Assembly: GCA_964291655.2 (NCBI GenBank)
Contig: OZ219802.1
Location: 192,001-256,000 of the forward strand
Origin: Chloroflexota bacterium
Lineage (GTDB): Bacteria > Chloroflexota > UBA11872 > VXOZ01
Length of the DNA: 64,000 nucleotides
Direction of reading: 5' to 3'
The translations under genes were made by a program, and so were the position numbers. Under the pieces are notes generated by a model, which saw only the letters and a list, made by a program, of their open reading frames with translations, ran no database searches and was not told the origin of the DNA. Shown here one piece after another: positions 1-10,429 of the stretch (its first letter is position 1; the number at the start of each line of letters is the position of its first letter).

Positions 1-1
1 G

Positions 2-154
2 GGGCTGTGGCAGGTGAATGGAAGAAGCAACGTCCCCTTCGAAGAGATGGTGATGATGGATATCTACTACATAGAAAACTGGACGATTGGACTTGACATC
101 AATCTGGCAATTCGCACAGTTCCAGCGGTCCTGCGTCGTGACGGCGCTTATTGA
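2..154 (+). CDS. 3' end of a bacterial sugar transferase (priming polyprenyl glycosylphosphotransferase, WcaJ/WbaP-like), truncated by the window edge
   Basis: Own translation of frame 2: GLWQVNGRSNVPFEEMVMMDIYYIENWTIGLDI...GAY*, the typical Bac_transf C-terminus. Confidence 0.9.
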   Translation, partial: GLWQVNGRSNVPFEEMVMMDIYYIENWTIGLDINLAIRTVPAVLRRDGAY

Positions 155-494
155 CTGTCTCTTGTGGCGACGAACGGTTCTGCCAGCACTCCGCAATGGC
201 GAACGGTGCCAACGACGTTGGCGCAACCATATCCTCTTCAACGTCGTGCACAAATGCACTTCTCATTGAAGAGGAATTGATGGGTTGGTTGTGTGCAGAC
301 GTGTACAGTTGGTTCACTTCAGCAGGCAAGTTGACGGCCTACAATCGCTTTCGTTCAAGCAATGTGCCAAGACTCGATGGGTCCATAAAGAATAGCTCTT
401 GCTATCAGTTGCCGGCAGCCATTGGCCGCTGCCACTTAAGCCACTAAGCAAAGCCCGATTACTCTCTCAGCAGCGAAGAATGCCTCCTACTACA

Positions 495-1628
495 ATGCGA
501 ATTGCCATTATCCATGACTATCTCAACCAAATGGGGGGCGCTGAAAACGTACTGCTCACGCTTCACGAGATCTTTCCTGAGGCGCCCATTTACACGTCAC
601 TCTATCGTCCCGAAGCCATGCCGGCGGCGTTCCGCTCACTCGATATACGCACGACCTTCTTGCAGAAACTAGGACCCCTTACTCGCTATCCCCGTCATCA
701 GAAGCTGCTACCGCTCTATCCGGTCGCCTTTGAGCAACTAGACCTCCGTGAGTACGACATTGTCATCAGTAACAGCAGCGCTTGGTGCAAGGGTGTCATT
801 ACTCGTGAGGACACCCGGCACATTTGTTACTGCCTCTCACCCATGCGTTTTGCCTGGAACACCCACGAATACCTCGCCGGAGAGCGCTTTGGCTGGTTTG
901 CGCGCAGGATCCTTCCATTGACGCTCACCTGGATTCGCGCCTGGGACGTGGCTGCGAGCGCGCGCGTAGACGACTTTATCGCAATTTCCCGCGTGGTTGC
1001 TGCCAGAATCCAGAAGCTCTACAGGCGCGAGTCTACAATTCTCTTTCCTCCCGTCGATACAACGCTCTTCACTCCTTCCGATCAGATGGACGACTACTTT
1101 CTGGTGGTTTCACGCCTGGTCCCATACAAAAGGGTGGACCTTGCAGTAAGGGCCTTCAATCGCCTTGGACTACCACTACGGATCATTGGCGATGGACGCG
1201 ACCGCGGTCGCTTAGAAGCAATGGCACAAGCTAACGTCCAATTCCTTGGCTATGTAGATGATGAGGAGCGAATGCGCCACCTCTCCAGGTGCCGAGCGCT
1301 GATATTCCCCGGCGAAGAGGACTTCGGTCTCGTACCAGTTGAAACCCAAGCTTCCGGTCGTCCGGTCATTGCCTACGCTGCCGGAGGAGCGCTCGACACG
1401 GTAATTGAAGGCGAAACAGGTCTTTTCTTTCACACGCAAGAGTTGGGCGCTCTCTGCGATGCCGTGGAGCGTTTCGCGACTATGGATTTCAGCGTGGAGC
1501 GAATTACCGCCCATGCCACGACCTTCGACAAGAGCGTTTTCCAGGAGAGAATTGAGGCGCTTGTTGAGAGTACACCAGGGCACCCATATCTTCCCCAAGA
1601 CCCTGGCTCTCAGTCTTCGCTGACGTAG
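495..1628 (+). CDS. GT4 family glycosyltransferase
   Basis: MRIAIIHDYLNQMGGAE N-terminus; SRLVPYKRVDL; EEDFGLVPVE motif; ATG at 495 preferred over ORF start 399. Confidence 0.92.
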   Translation: MRIAIIHDYLNQMGGAENVLLTLHEIFPEAPIYTSLYRPEAMPAAFRSLDIRTTFLQKLGPLTRYPRHQKLLPLYPVAFEQLDLREYDIVISNSSAWCKGVITREDTRHICYCLSPMRFAWNTHEYLAGERFGWFARRILPLTLTWIRAWDVAASARVDDFIAISRVVAARIQKLYRRESTILFPPVDTTLFTPSDQMDDYFLVVSRLVPYKRVDLAVRAFNRLGLPLRIIGDGRDRGRLEAMAQANVQFLGYVDDEERMRHLSRCRALIFPGEEDFGLVPVETQASGRPVIAYAAGGALDTVIEGETGLFFHTQELGALCDAVERFATMDFSVERITAHATTFDKSVFQERIEALVESTPGHPYLPQDPGSQSSLT

Positions 1629-1679
1629 CCAAGGAATCTGCTATGATGGGGTGGTATCCAGCAATCACCAACACACCAT

Positions 1680-2435
1680 ATGAGCATCCAATCCTATCTC
1701 AGAATTCTCGGGGCCAGAAAGAAGCTCATTCTCGGCGTTACGCTCGTGGCCTTCCTCGGCAGTGTGCTCTTAGCGCTGCTCTGGCCGAACGCATATGAGT
1801 CAACGGTTCGGGTGCATGTCCAGCCGGTGCCACCACCAGCAGAACAAGGGGCTGGCTTCTATTACTCACAAGAGTACTATCGTCAGATTATTGCCCAGTA
1901 CAACATTGAAGACTTTTCTGAGATTGTCCGCGGACGCGCGTTTGCCACAAGCATTTCTGAAGTCGTTGCTGAAAGGTATGGGCTGCAGCTTGCCCCAAAG
2001 GTGATCGAAGAATCGCTCACCAGCGATCACAGTCATCGAGTCTTGGAGATCACCCTAGTCAGTGGTGAGGCGAGGGTTGCCCAAGCTCTCGCAGATGCCG
2101 CCCAAACTGTATTTGAAACAGAGTCAAAAGAGTACTTTCAAAGTGTGAAGGAAGGACTCGTTAGCGTAAAGATTATTGATCCCGCTAGCGATCCGGAGGC
2201 AACCTCACTGCTGCGTCTTGGTCTTGATGTTTTCGCTCGCACTCTGGTTGCGTTTCTCCTAATTACCGGAGTCGCGTTTGTCCTAGAGGTGGTTGCAGGA
2301 GTGAGTCGTTCGCGGGAAGACATTGAGGAAGTGCTTCGCGTTCCGATACTCACAACTATCCCGCCGATCGCCGGGCAGGAAGTGGCGCCTGCGGAGAATT
2401 CAGATGGAGAGTCGGTCGAAAGCAAGGCGCGCTGA
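1680..2435 (+). CDS. Polysaccharide chain-length determinant (Wzz/CpsC/CapA-like)
   Basis: N- and C-terminal TM helices; IIDPA motif; C-terminal DIEEVLRVPILTTIP. Confidence 0.8.
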   Translation: MSIQSYLRILGARKKLILGVTLVAFLGSVLLALLWPNAYESTVRVHVQPVPPPAEQGAGFYYSQEYYRQIIAQYNIEDFSEIVRGRAFATSISEVVAERYGLQLAPKVIEESLTSDHSHRVLEITLVSGEARVAQALADAAQTVFETESKEYFQSVKEGLVSVKIIDPASDPEATSLLRLGLDVFARTLVAFLLITGVAFVLEVVAGVSRSREDIEEVLRVPILTTIPPIAGQEVAPAENSDGESVESKAR

Positions 2436-3128
2436 ATGCTTGAATTCGCATCGCTACGGCTACAGGATTATACTGGCGTCATTCGACGCCGATTCTGGAT
2501 TGTGCTCGTTCTTGCTCTGGTCGCCGTTTTATCTGCCTATCTTTACAGCAGCCGTCAACAGCCGGTGTACCAAGCGGGGGTAAGTGTCTTGGTAACACCA
2601 AATGTCATTGACTACTGGACGATTCAAGCCGTAGAGCGGTTGCTCAACACGTATGTAGAGCGTGTGCGCACCTGGGAGGCGGCACAACGCGTGGTCGATC
2701 GCAAAGAACTAGATGACTCGCCTGGCAATGTGCTTGGCGGCCTGCGCATGGTAGTCGTCCCAGCCAGCTACAAGGTGTTTATTCAGGCGGAGAGTTCCTC
2801 TGCGCAACAAGCGGTTCATGTCGCAAATGGCTTTGCTGAGGAGCTTGAGCAACTAGCTCAGTCGGAGCAAAGCAGTGGCCCAGGCGGTGACATCTTCTTG
2901 CGGGCAAAAGTCCTAGACAGAGCGAGTAGCGCGGCCCAGATAAGCCCGCGCTTGAGATTCAATGTGGCGGTTGCCCTTGTCCTTGGTGCAATTGCCGGCA
3001 TTGTATTGGCACTGGCGGCTGAATTTCTCGACGCGCGCGTCCGTTTGCGGCAGGAGGCCCAGCAACTGCTCGGTGCGCCCACTCTTGTCTGCGTCCCACC
3101 TGTATCCGGGTCCGATGCTGAGAGTTAG
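2436..3128 (+). CDS. Second Wzz/CpsC/CapA-like co-polymerase
   Basis: LQDY..VIRRRFWIV, PVYQA, VLDRA..ISPR..N, EFLD.R...LLGAP.L motifs; abuts the previous gene. Confidence 0.82.
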   Translation: MLEFASLRLQDYTGVIRRRFWIVLVLALVAVLSAYLYSSRQQPVYQAGVSVLVTPNVIDYWTIQAVERLLNTYVERVRTWEAAQRVVDRKELDDSPGNVLGGLRMVVVPASYKVFIQAESSSAQQAVHVANGFAEELEQLAQSEQSSGPGGDIFLRAKVLDRASSAAQISPRLRFNVAVALVLGAIAGIVLALAAEFLDARVRLRQEAQQLLGAPTLVCVPPVSGSDAES

Positions 3129-3171
3129 CAAGCTGCGTAGACGCTTCACCGGCATTTGACTAAATGAGGCA

Positions 3172-3837
3172 ATGATTACAATGACTTTACCCTCTGTGCA
3201 ACTCCCGACAATTCACCAGGCGAATAGTCCTGCTTCCGAGGCGTTTCGCGCCCTCCGCACGACGATACGTTTTCAAGCAGATGAGCATGCTCAGAAGACT
3301 CTATTAGTGACGAGCGCCGGGCCGCAGGAAGGCAAGAGTCTGGTGGCAGCAAACCTTGCGTCTTCATTGGCGCAATTGGGCCTGCGAGTCATGCTCATCG
3401 ATGCGAATTTGCGCACGCCCGCCTTGCACACCGCTTTTGACGTTTCTCAAGAACCGGGGCTCGCAGACTACCTTAGTGGCATGGAGAACGCAGCGTACCA
3501 CCAAGACTGCGGGACAGAAGGGCTGAATTTGCTGCCAGCAGGCGCTGTTCCAGAGAATGCCCCTGAACTGCTCGCTTCACAACGCATGGCGAAATTCATT
3601 GCGGACCTTGCACAACAATGCGACCACGTTATATTAGATACACCACCGCTTCTCATGGCGGCCGACGCCGCCGCACTGGCTCGTTGCGTTGACGGTGTGC
3701 TCCTCGTTGTGCGCGCCAATCAAACGCGGCGCGACCAGGTGCAAAGAGCTAAGGCCATGCTGACACAGATCGATGCAAACGTCCTGGGTGTAGTGTTTAA
3801 CGATGACCCCAATGCCAAGAATTCGCTTGTCGGGTAG
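3172..3837 (+). CDS. CpsD/CapB-family BY tyrosine kinase
   Basis: SEAFRALRT; Walker A SAGPQEGKS; LIDANLR; ILDTPP. Confidence 0.92.
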   Translation: MITMTLPSVQLPTIHQANSPASEAFRALRTTIRFQADEHAQKTLLVTSAGPQEGKSLVAANLASSLAQLGLRVMLIDANLRTPALHTAFDVSQEPGLADYLSGMENAAYHQDCGTEGLNLLPAGAVPENAPELLASQRMAKFIADLAQQCDHVILDTPPLLMAADAAALARCVDGVLLVVRANQTRRDQVQRAKAMLTQIDANVLGVVFNDDPNAKNSLVG

Positions 3838-5047
3838 CTGGCGGCATTGCGCTTTCAGCCTGCTACTTGCCCTTTGGCTGTCCCACATCGGAATCTCGCC
3901 GGCACTAGCAAGCGTAAACGGTGACCTAAGTGCCACCACTGATCCGCCAAATCAGGCGTTCTTTAGTGAGGTGTCCGGATACGGTGAAGGGTTCGGCTAT
4001 GTCATTCAGGATATTCCCGACGGCCCAGAATTCTTCACCCTGTTTCAAGCCCTTGGCGGCGCAGACTCTCTCGGCTATCCCGTGGCCTCTCACTTCACAG
4101 ACACAACTACGGGAGACATGTATCTGGTTCTGCAACGTGCGGTATTGGTTTGGCATAGCGCTACCGGCCAAACTTCTGTCGCCAACACCTTTGAACTCCT
4201 CGACAACGTCGGGCTTGAGTTATGGCTCTTCCACCGTGGCATTCCCCGGGCGATCAAGGACGACGGTGGATCCACATTTGAGGAGTCCCGGGCTATTCGG
4301 CTCTCCTGGCTGACCGATCAAGGGATCGCCGATCTCTTTCTGCAAAATCCGCTGGACCCGGGCAATCTTGAAGCCTCTATCGTGCTGTATGGCCTGCCAA
4401 TGTCACGGCCTGAGAAAATCGGCCCATTCGTCGTGCAGCGATTTCAAAGGGCGGCATTCCAACGCTGGGTTGAATCTGTGCCCGGCCAGCCGGTTCCTGG
4501 CTCCGTGACACGGGTCTTTGCCGGAGACCTCTACAAAGATGCCAATCTCATTCCGATTGAAGCGTTTCGACCGGAGCCAAACCCATTCGATAGGCCGAGC
4601 GATGCCTTGCTGGCCCAAATACGTACCCTACTCGCCGAACAACCGGCTACGGCGCATCTCGTGCCCTACTTAGAACACGTCATAGTCGGATATGCGCCTG
4701 ATCTGCTGGACACTGCGGCGTTGCGCGTCGGAAACTGGGTCTTGATATACTTGCATCCCGCGCTAAAGGATGCACGCTATGAAGCAGTCGCAGCGGTGCT
4801 CGCCCACCTCGCTACCTATCTGGAAGCCCAAACACTCTCTTCAGTTCCTTTTGAACAATCCCGTGATACGTGTCGAGAGCTGGTTTCAAACGGCCTGCGT
4901 GTTGAGGCAGCGCTTTGGCAGGCGCTCTGGGGCTCTGAGGGCACATACAATGCGAAATCGTATGAAGAGATATTGAATGGATACGTGGTGGAGTCTCAAC
5001 GATCGGCAAGCTGGGCGGACTTTCTTGCAGAGATCCACTGCACGTAG
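3803..5047 (+). CDS. Secreted hypothetical protein with duplicated N-terminal (L/Y)G.P.S..QR repeat domain
   Basis: Signal peptide (ALA-S); LGYPVAS..F...QRAVL and YGLPMS..VVQRFQRAAFQ.W repeats. Confidence 0.65.
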   Translation: MTPMPRIRLSGSWRHCAFSLLLALWLSHIGISPALASVNGDLSATTDPPNQAFFSEVSGYGEGFGYVIQDIPDGPEFFTLFQALGGADSLGYPVASHFTDTTTGDMYLVLQRAVLVWHSATGQTSVANTFELLDNVGLELWLFHRGIPRAIKDDGGSTFEESRAIRLSWLTDQGIADLFLQNPLDPGNLEASIVLYGLPMSRPEKIGPFVVQRFQRAAFQRWVESVPGQPVPGSVTRVFAGDLYKDANLIPIEAFRPEPNPFDRPSDALLAQIRTLLAEQPATAHLVPYLEHVIVGYAPDLLDTAALRVGNWVLIYLHPALKDARYEAVAAVLAHLATYLEAQTLSSVPFEQSRDTCRELVSNGLRVEAALWQALWGSEGTYNAKSYEEILNGYVVESQRSASWADFLAEIHCT

Positions 5048-5060
5048 GACATAACCGCGG

Positions 5061-6035
5061 ATGTGGCGAACAGTAGGTCATGGTCGGGTGTTGCGTTTCC
5101 TGCAGCGCGCGATCGCCCAAAACTCTCTAGGACATGCAATTCTGTTTGCCGGCCCACAGTCGGTCGGCAAGCGGACTCTCGCCATCGACCTGACTGCCGC
5201 CCTACTCTGCGATGTCCAGCCAAGCGATCCGTGCTGGGAGTGCGTTCAGTGCAAAGGGGTTCTGCGTCAAGAGCACGCCGACCTTCACATGGTGGAGTTG
5301 GAAGAAGGCCGCAAATCAATCCGTATGGAGCAAGTTGCGGAACTGCAGCGAGCGGTCGCATTACGTCCCTTCCAAGCAGCGCAGCGCGTCTCCCTGATCC
5401 TCGATGCGCACATTCTCCAACCTGAAGCAAGTCAGCGCCTGCTTAAGACGCTCGAGGAGCCACCCGCGCACAACACCCTTATCCTCACTGCAACATCCAC
5501 GCAACTCCTGCCACAGACCCTACTGTCGCGTTGCCAGGTGTGGCGTCTCGCGGGACTCCCTCGTCGAGTTGTGCAGGCTGAATTAGAACAGCGCGGGGTG
5601 CCGGAGGAAGACGCCGCATTCCTTGCGGCGGCGAGCTTGGGGCGATTGGGGTGGGCAATCCGTGCAAGCGCGCAGCCGGATTTACGTGAGCAAGAGGATC
5701 TCATCGTACAATCCCTTGTGCAGACCCTCCAAGCCGACCGGGCATCGAGAACAGAGATCGTGGATCGGCTCATTGATCAAGTATCAGATCTTGAACGCCT
5801 GTTCGACCTGTGGTGTGAGTGGTGGCGCTCATTCCTCCTGCTCCAAGTGGGAGTCCCGGATGGCACCGCTACTGACAGCCATGCTCTCGGCAATGTTGCC
5901 GACCTCAGCATCTCTCCCCAGGAAGTTGTGAGCGCGATCAAGCGGGTCGACGAAGCGCGCGAGTGGGTGAGAGCAAACGTAAATGCACGTCTCGCCTTAG
6001 AAACACTTGTGCTGCACCTGCCAGAAGCGCCGTGA
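5061..6035 (+). CDS. holB: DNA polymerase III subunit delta'
   Basis: HAILFAGPQSVGKRTLA; C..PC.EC..C zinc module; HADL; LLKTLEEPP; TLLSRC; N.RLALE. Confidence 0.93.
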   Translation: MWRTVGHGRVLRFLQRAIAQNSLGHAILFAGPQSVGKRTLAIDLTAALLCDVQPSDPCWECVQCKGVLRQEHADLHMVELEEGRKSIRMEQVAELQRAVALRPFQAAQRVSLILDAHILQPEASQRLLKTLEEPPAHNTLILTATSTQLLPQTLLSRCQVWRLAGLPRRVVQAELEQRGVPEEDAAFLAAASLGRLGWAIRASAQPDLREQEDLIVQSLVQTLQADRASRTEIVDRLIDQVSDLERLFDLWCEWWRSFLLLQVGVPDGTATDSHALGNVADLSISPQEVVSAIKRVDEAREWVRANVNARLALETLVLHLPEAP

Positions 6036-6297
6036 GACGCATTACTACGTTCAGCCGTGAGTGGTATACTTGGAACTTGGTGGTTGCGTACAATCTTAGG
6101 GGTCGGACGGCAATTGCTTCACTGCAATAACAGGAACGAGGAAGTTGCAGGAATGCGGTAGGCTCAAAGTCCTGCAGTGTGCAAGTAGTGTAAGACACGA
6201 GTGTTCCACCTTTGATTAGACTAGATGGCAGGGGTTCGCCAAAGACTCTCGACTAACAATTGACCTGCCAGAATAATTGTGGAGGGATGTGGGTTCA

Positions 6298-6615
6298 ATG
6301 CCGTTGTACGAATATGAATGTGGTGATTGCAGCCATCGCTTTGAACGGCAGCAGCGGTTCAGTGATCCTCCGGTGACAAATTGCCCTGAGTGCGATGGTG
6401 CAGTGCGTAAGGTATTCCATCCTGCGAGTGTGATCTTCAAGGGAAGTGGATGGTACGTCACCGATAACCGCACGAATAATGGCAAGAGTGAGAAGAACGG
6501 CAGTCCAAAACCCAAGGAAGCTACGGCAAAGGATTCTGCCGAGTCGAAAGCAGCGGGCACGGCCAAATCGGACTCTGGTGGAGAATCGAAGTCTGCGCCA
6601 GCTAAGAAGGATTGA
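6298..6615 (+). CDS. FmdB-family zinc-ribbon protein
   Basis: MPLYEYECGDC...CPECDG...FKGSGWYVTD; low-complexity tail; GGAGG upstream. Confidence 0.92.
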   Translation: MPLYEYECGDCSHRFERQQRFSDPPVTNCPECDGAVRKVFHPASVIFKGSGWYVTDNRTNNGKSEKNGSPKPKEATAKDSAESKAAGTAKSDSGGESKSAPAKKD

Positions 6616-6676
6616 CGCCTTCGTGTCCGTCGTGGACACACTGCTCACTGTTAGGCAATTCTATAGCGGTTGACTG

Positions 6677-6714
6677 GAAGGACAGCGTGGCATACAAAAG
6701 CCACCCTGTCCTTC
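6677..6714. terminator. Hairpin between convergent genes
   Basis: gaaggacagcgtggc-atacaaaa-gccaccctgtccttc inverted repeat. Confidence 0.5.
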
Positions 6715-6806
6715 TTCAATTGCCCTCATGATTGCCATGCTGCTGCGCTTGTCGAGTAGCCCACCTACAAGTGCAACCTCGCAAATTCATGAGCATTGGA
6801 ATTAAT

Positions 6807-7997
6807 TTATGTCATCTTAACAATCGGCTGTCCTTTGAGCCAATAGGCGAACCCGGCTGAAAACAGGAATGCCACGCCAAAGATCCCAAAGATCAACTGT
6901 TCACTACCTAAAAGGGCGATGATGGCTGCTCCTGCAAGGATTGCTATGCCGACGCCTAGGTCGCGCCACACAAAGAGCGACGCGATCGCAAGGTGACGAT
7001 TGCTGAAAGTGGTGAGATCGCCGATCATGGCATTGGTCGCCACCGGCACGGTGCTGTTCAGCAGGCCCATGGCAAGCGCGGCAATTCCCATGGTCAGAAC
7101 CCCACCAACAAATGTCGGTATGAGCAGACCCAAACCCGCTACGCCAAAGGAGAGAATGAGAATGTGCTCACGGCCAAGCCAGTCGGCAACGAATCCGCCA
7201 AGGTAGCTGCCAAAGATGCGCGTGACCCAGTACCCCGCGGTGATAAGCGCCAGCGCGCCATGACCTTGTTCGCCGCCAATAATCTGGCTGAAGCTGCCCA
7301 GAATGAGACCGAAAGCGAGTGACGAAAGAAAGAGAAAGAGCGCAGCCAGACCGGTGCGCGGTACGGTTAACACCTGGAATATCGGCGCCAGGCGCGGCTT
7401 TACGCGTTTTGTGTGCTGGTAGGGCAAGAAGAGGAATGTCGCGACGCCAATTGCCGTAATAGCGGCCGCCACCAGCGGGCCAAACTCAACGTTGGTAACA
7501 CTCATGAGCACCCCGAGCAGAAGCACGCCAATCGCTTGCCCGCCCGTTGTCGCCGTGTAAAGCAATCCGCTGGCGCGTCCGTAATGCGTGTCGGCGGTCG
7601 CATCCAGGAGTTGCGTTGTGCTTGATATCCACATGGCCGCGGCGCCCCACCCCCACATCCCCGCGGCAATGAGCAAGAGCTCAAAGCGATTCAGGGCGAA
7701 TGCGGCCACGGCAAAAAGCGAGTACGTCGCCGCTCCCAGCACGGTGCTCCAATACTCTCCCAGGTAGTAGAGGGTATACGCCACCACTGCGCGCCAGACG
7801 AGAAACGAGATGTATACCACCGCAAGTACAGTAGAAGCCTGGAAAGCGTTCGTAGCCCCCTTGTCGGTGAGATAGGGGATCAAGAACTGCTGAAAAGCGC
7901 TCGCGCCCATGAAGACAAAGAAGAAGCCCGTACTTAGAACAATGACGGTGCGCGGCATTCCCGCCGCCGGCTTCGCTAGACTTCTCAATGCCTTCAC
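6807..7997 (-). CDS. MFS transporter
   Basis: About 12 hydrophobic segments; GFVADWLGR motif A in the C-terminal half. Confidence 0.88.
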   Translation of the reverse strand: MKALRSLAKPAAGMPRTVIVLSTGFFFVFMGASAFQQFLIPYLTDKGATNAFQASTVLAVVYISFLVWRAVVAYTLYYLGEYWSTVLGAATYSLFAVAAFALNRFELLLIAAGMWGWGAAAMWISSTTQLLDATADTHYGRASGLLYTATTGGQAIGVLLLGVLMSVTNVEFGPLVAAAITAIGVATFLFLPYQHTKRVKPRLAPIFQVLTVPRTGLAALFLFLSSLAFGLILGSFSQIIGGEQGHGALALITAGYWVTRIFGSYLGGFVADWLGREHILILSFGVAGLGLLIPTFVGGVLTMGIAALAMGLLNSTVPVATNAMIGDLTTFSNRHLAIASLFVWRDLGVGIAILAGAAIIALLGSEQLIFGIFGVAFLFSAGFAYWLKGQPIVKMT

Positions 7998-8087
7998 GCA
8001 GTGGTAACTTTCTTGTTATCGAGATCCGCAAGTTGGCAACACAAAGCGCCATATAACCAGAGGAGACTTGCAAGGCGTACCCAAAGC

Positions 8088-9293
8088 CTACGTCTGCTTG
8101 GGTACGGTGGGTGTACGCAGCCGCACGTATTCAGGCAACGGCTCACCAATCAATGGGCGGACATAGTCTAGGAATGCTGGAGTAACGGAATCCCCTGCCT
8201 CATTGAGGAAAGCATCAGGGAGCGGTCGCTCTTTGCCCGCCACCTCATCAACGCTAATGAGACCGGTGTTTACCGCATAGTCCTCCCCAGGAACGCGCTC
8301 CAACGTAACTATCTTGCCGGTCTCTCCGCCCACTGCCGCTGCCACTGCCGCTTGGCCGACGCGGTAAGACTCGTCGAGGTCTACCGTTGAAGCGAGGGAA
8401 ACGCATGCGCGCTGCATCGTGCCAGGCTTGTCTGTGCGGCTCTTCAGCCCCAACTCACTCGCCACCAATTCCGCGAGTAGCGTGCTCACGCCGCCGAGTT
8501 GTCCTCTGCCGAAGGCATCTCGGTCAACAGCGCGGTCTGAAGCAAAGAGCAAGTCTCCGTCCGGTCGACGCAACCCCTCGCACACGGCGACGTGTACATA
8601 CCCGTATTGGTCGTAAGCGTCTTGCACAGCCTGCAAGAAACTTTCCTGGGTAAGCGGGCGTTCCGGAACGAAAATAAGGTGCGGCGGATCTGCTTCCTCC
8701 CGCTTTGCCAGCGCAGTGGCGGCAGTTACCCAGCCGGTGTTTCTGCCAAACGTCTCCAGTACTTTCACCTGGTCGTGCGTGCGCAGCGCCCAGGAATCTG
8801 AACCCCCGTCCATGGCGGCCAGCGCCGCAAACCGCGCCACGCTCCCGTAGCCCGGCGTATGGTCAGTGCCCCACAGATCATTGTCGATTGTCTTCGGCAC
8901 GGCAATTGCATTGATGTCGTAGTCGCTCGCCTCGGCCCACCGGTTGACCGCCTGCACCGTGAGCGCCGAGCCATTGCCGCCAATGTAAATGAAATAGCGG
9001 ACTCCATGTGCCTGCAGCACACCCAGTGCCCTTGCGGCGTCCGACTCCAGCAGGCCGTAGCGACACGAACCCAGGGCGGCCGACGGTGTCTGCCTGAGCG
9101 CGCTGAGGAGCTTTGTTGAGACACTGCTCAGGTCTATGAACCGTTCTTGCAGCAAGCCTTCTACGCCGTTACACATACCGTAGACACGGTCCACGGCATC
9201 ACTCTGCAGCGCGGCGTCGAGCACGCCCGCAAGCGTGGTACTCAGCGTGGCGGTTGATCCACCTGATTGTCCGACAACTAAGGTTCCACTCAT
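8088..9293 (-). CDS. Phosphofructokinase family protein (6-PFK / PPi-dependent type)
   Basis: VVGQSGG, LGSCRY, IGGNGS, PKTIDNDL, TDHTPGYGS, ETFGRNTGW. Confidence 0.9.
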   Translation of the reverse strand: MSGTLVVGQSGGSTATLSTTLAGVLDAALQSDAVDRVYGMCNGVEGLLQERFIDLSSVSTKLLSALRQTPSAALGSCRYGLLESDAARALGVLQAHGVRYFIYIGGNGSALTVQAVNRWAEASDYDINAIAVPKTIDNDLWGTDHTPGYGSVARFAALAAMDGGSDSWALRTHDQVKVLETFGRNTGWVTAATALAKREEADPPHLIFVPERPLTQESFLQAVQDAYDQYGYVHVAVCEGLRRPDGDLLFASDRAVDRDAFGRGQLGGVSTLLAELVASELGLKSRTDKPGTMQRACVSLASTVDLDESYRVGQAAVAAAVGGETGKIVTLERVPGEDYAVNTGLISVDEVAGKERPLPDAFLNEAGDSVTPAFLDYVRPLIGEPLPEYVRLRTPTVPKQT

Positions 9294-9596
9294 AGTGCTT
9301 GCATGGCAATCGTAGGTTGCAGGATCTAAGCGAGCCTTGATGATGATCGGTTGCCTGGAGTGCGTGCCTACGCCAATGATTTCCGTCACAGCGCAGGCCG
9401 TCCCGGCAATTTTGCTGCGGTACGCCGTGTGTGAAGCTTGCTGCTCTCAGTGCATGCTACTGTCTACCGAATCAACCGTCAATTTGGGCTGGCGCCACAA
9501 TAATCCCGGCAACCTCGTTTCAGACCGGCAGTCGGTATAATTGCATGAGAGCTTTTGCGAAGATTACAGACTTACAGGTAAATAGGGGGTTTTGGC

Positions 9597-10367
9597 ATGA
9601 GGTTGCAGGGCAAAGTCGCGCTCATTACGGGGGGCGGGAGCGGCATAGGGGAAGCGATGGCATTGCGCTTTGCCGCCGAGGGCGCAGCCACCGCAATTGT
9701 GGACCTAAATCAGAAGGGCGCGGAACGAGTAGTATCCGCCATACAAGAAGCGGGAGGGCGGGCGCATGCCATTGCGGCCGATGTTGCAAGCGAGAACGAC
9801 GTGCGTGCCATGCTCGCTGAAACCCAAGACCAATTCGGCCCGTTGGACATTCTTGTGAACAATGCCGGTATCTACGTGGACAAGGACATCGAAGGCACAA
9901 CGGAGGACGAATGGGACCGCATCATGAATGTCAACGTCAAGAGCCTCCTTTGGACCTGTAAGTACGCTCTGCCATCCCTGAAAGAGACAAAAGGAGTAAT
10001 TCTCAACATTGCCTCGATGGTAGGCGTGCACGCACAACCGCACTCGATTGCCTACTGTGCCTCGAAAGGGGCGGTAATCACATTTACTCGAGCGCTTGCC
10101 CTGGATTGTGCCCAATATGGCGTACGGGCGAACTCGCTCTGCCCGTCAAGCGTTGCCACCCCGCTCTTCGAAAGCTTCCTCAATGTGCAGCCCGACCCGG
10201 ACGAAGCGCGTGCCGGCGTTGCGGCGCGGGCCCCACTGGGCTATATCTCTTCACCGAAACAGATGGCCGACGCCGCGCTCTTTCTCGTCTCGGATGAATC
10301 GTCATACTTTACGGGAACCGAACTCTATGCCGATGGCGGCGGTACGCTCGGATACAAGACTGGGTAG
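9597..10367 (+). CDS. SDR family oxidoreductase
   Basis: TGGGSGIG, NNAG, YCASK. Confidence 0.95.
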   Translation: MRLQGKVALITGGGSGIGEAMALRFAAEGAATAIVDLNQKGAERVVSAIQEAGGRAHAIAADVASENDVRAMLAETQDQFGPLDILVNNAGIYVDKDIEGTTEDEWDRIMNVNVKSLLWTCKYALPSLKETKGVILNIASMVGVHAQPHSIAYCASKGAVITFTRALALDCAQYGVRANSLCPSSVATPLFESFLNVQPDPDEARAGVAARAPLGYISSPKQMADAALFLVSDESSYFTGTELYADGGGTLGYKTG

Positions 10368-10429
10368 CAACACCTGTAAAGGTGAGGATTATGCTGCCTA
10401 TGGGCGGAGCAATTCGTTCCCCGTAGGCG

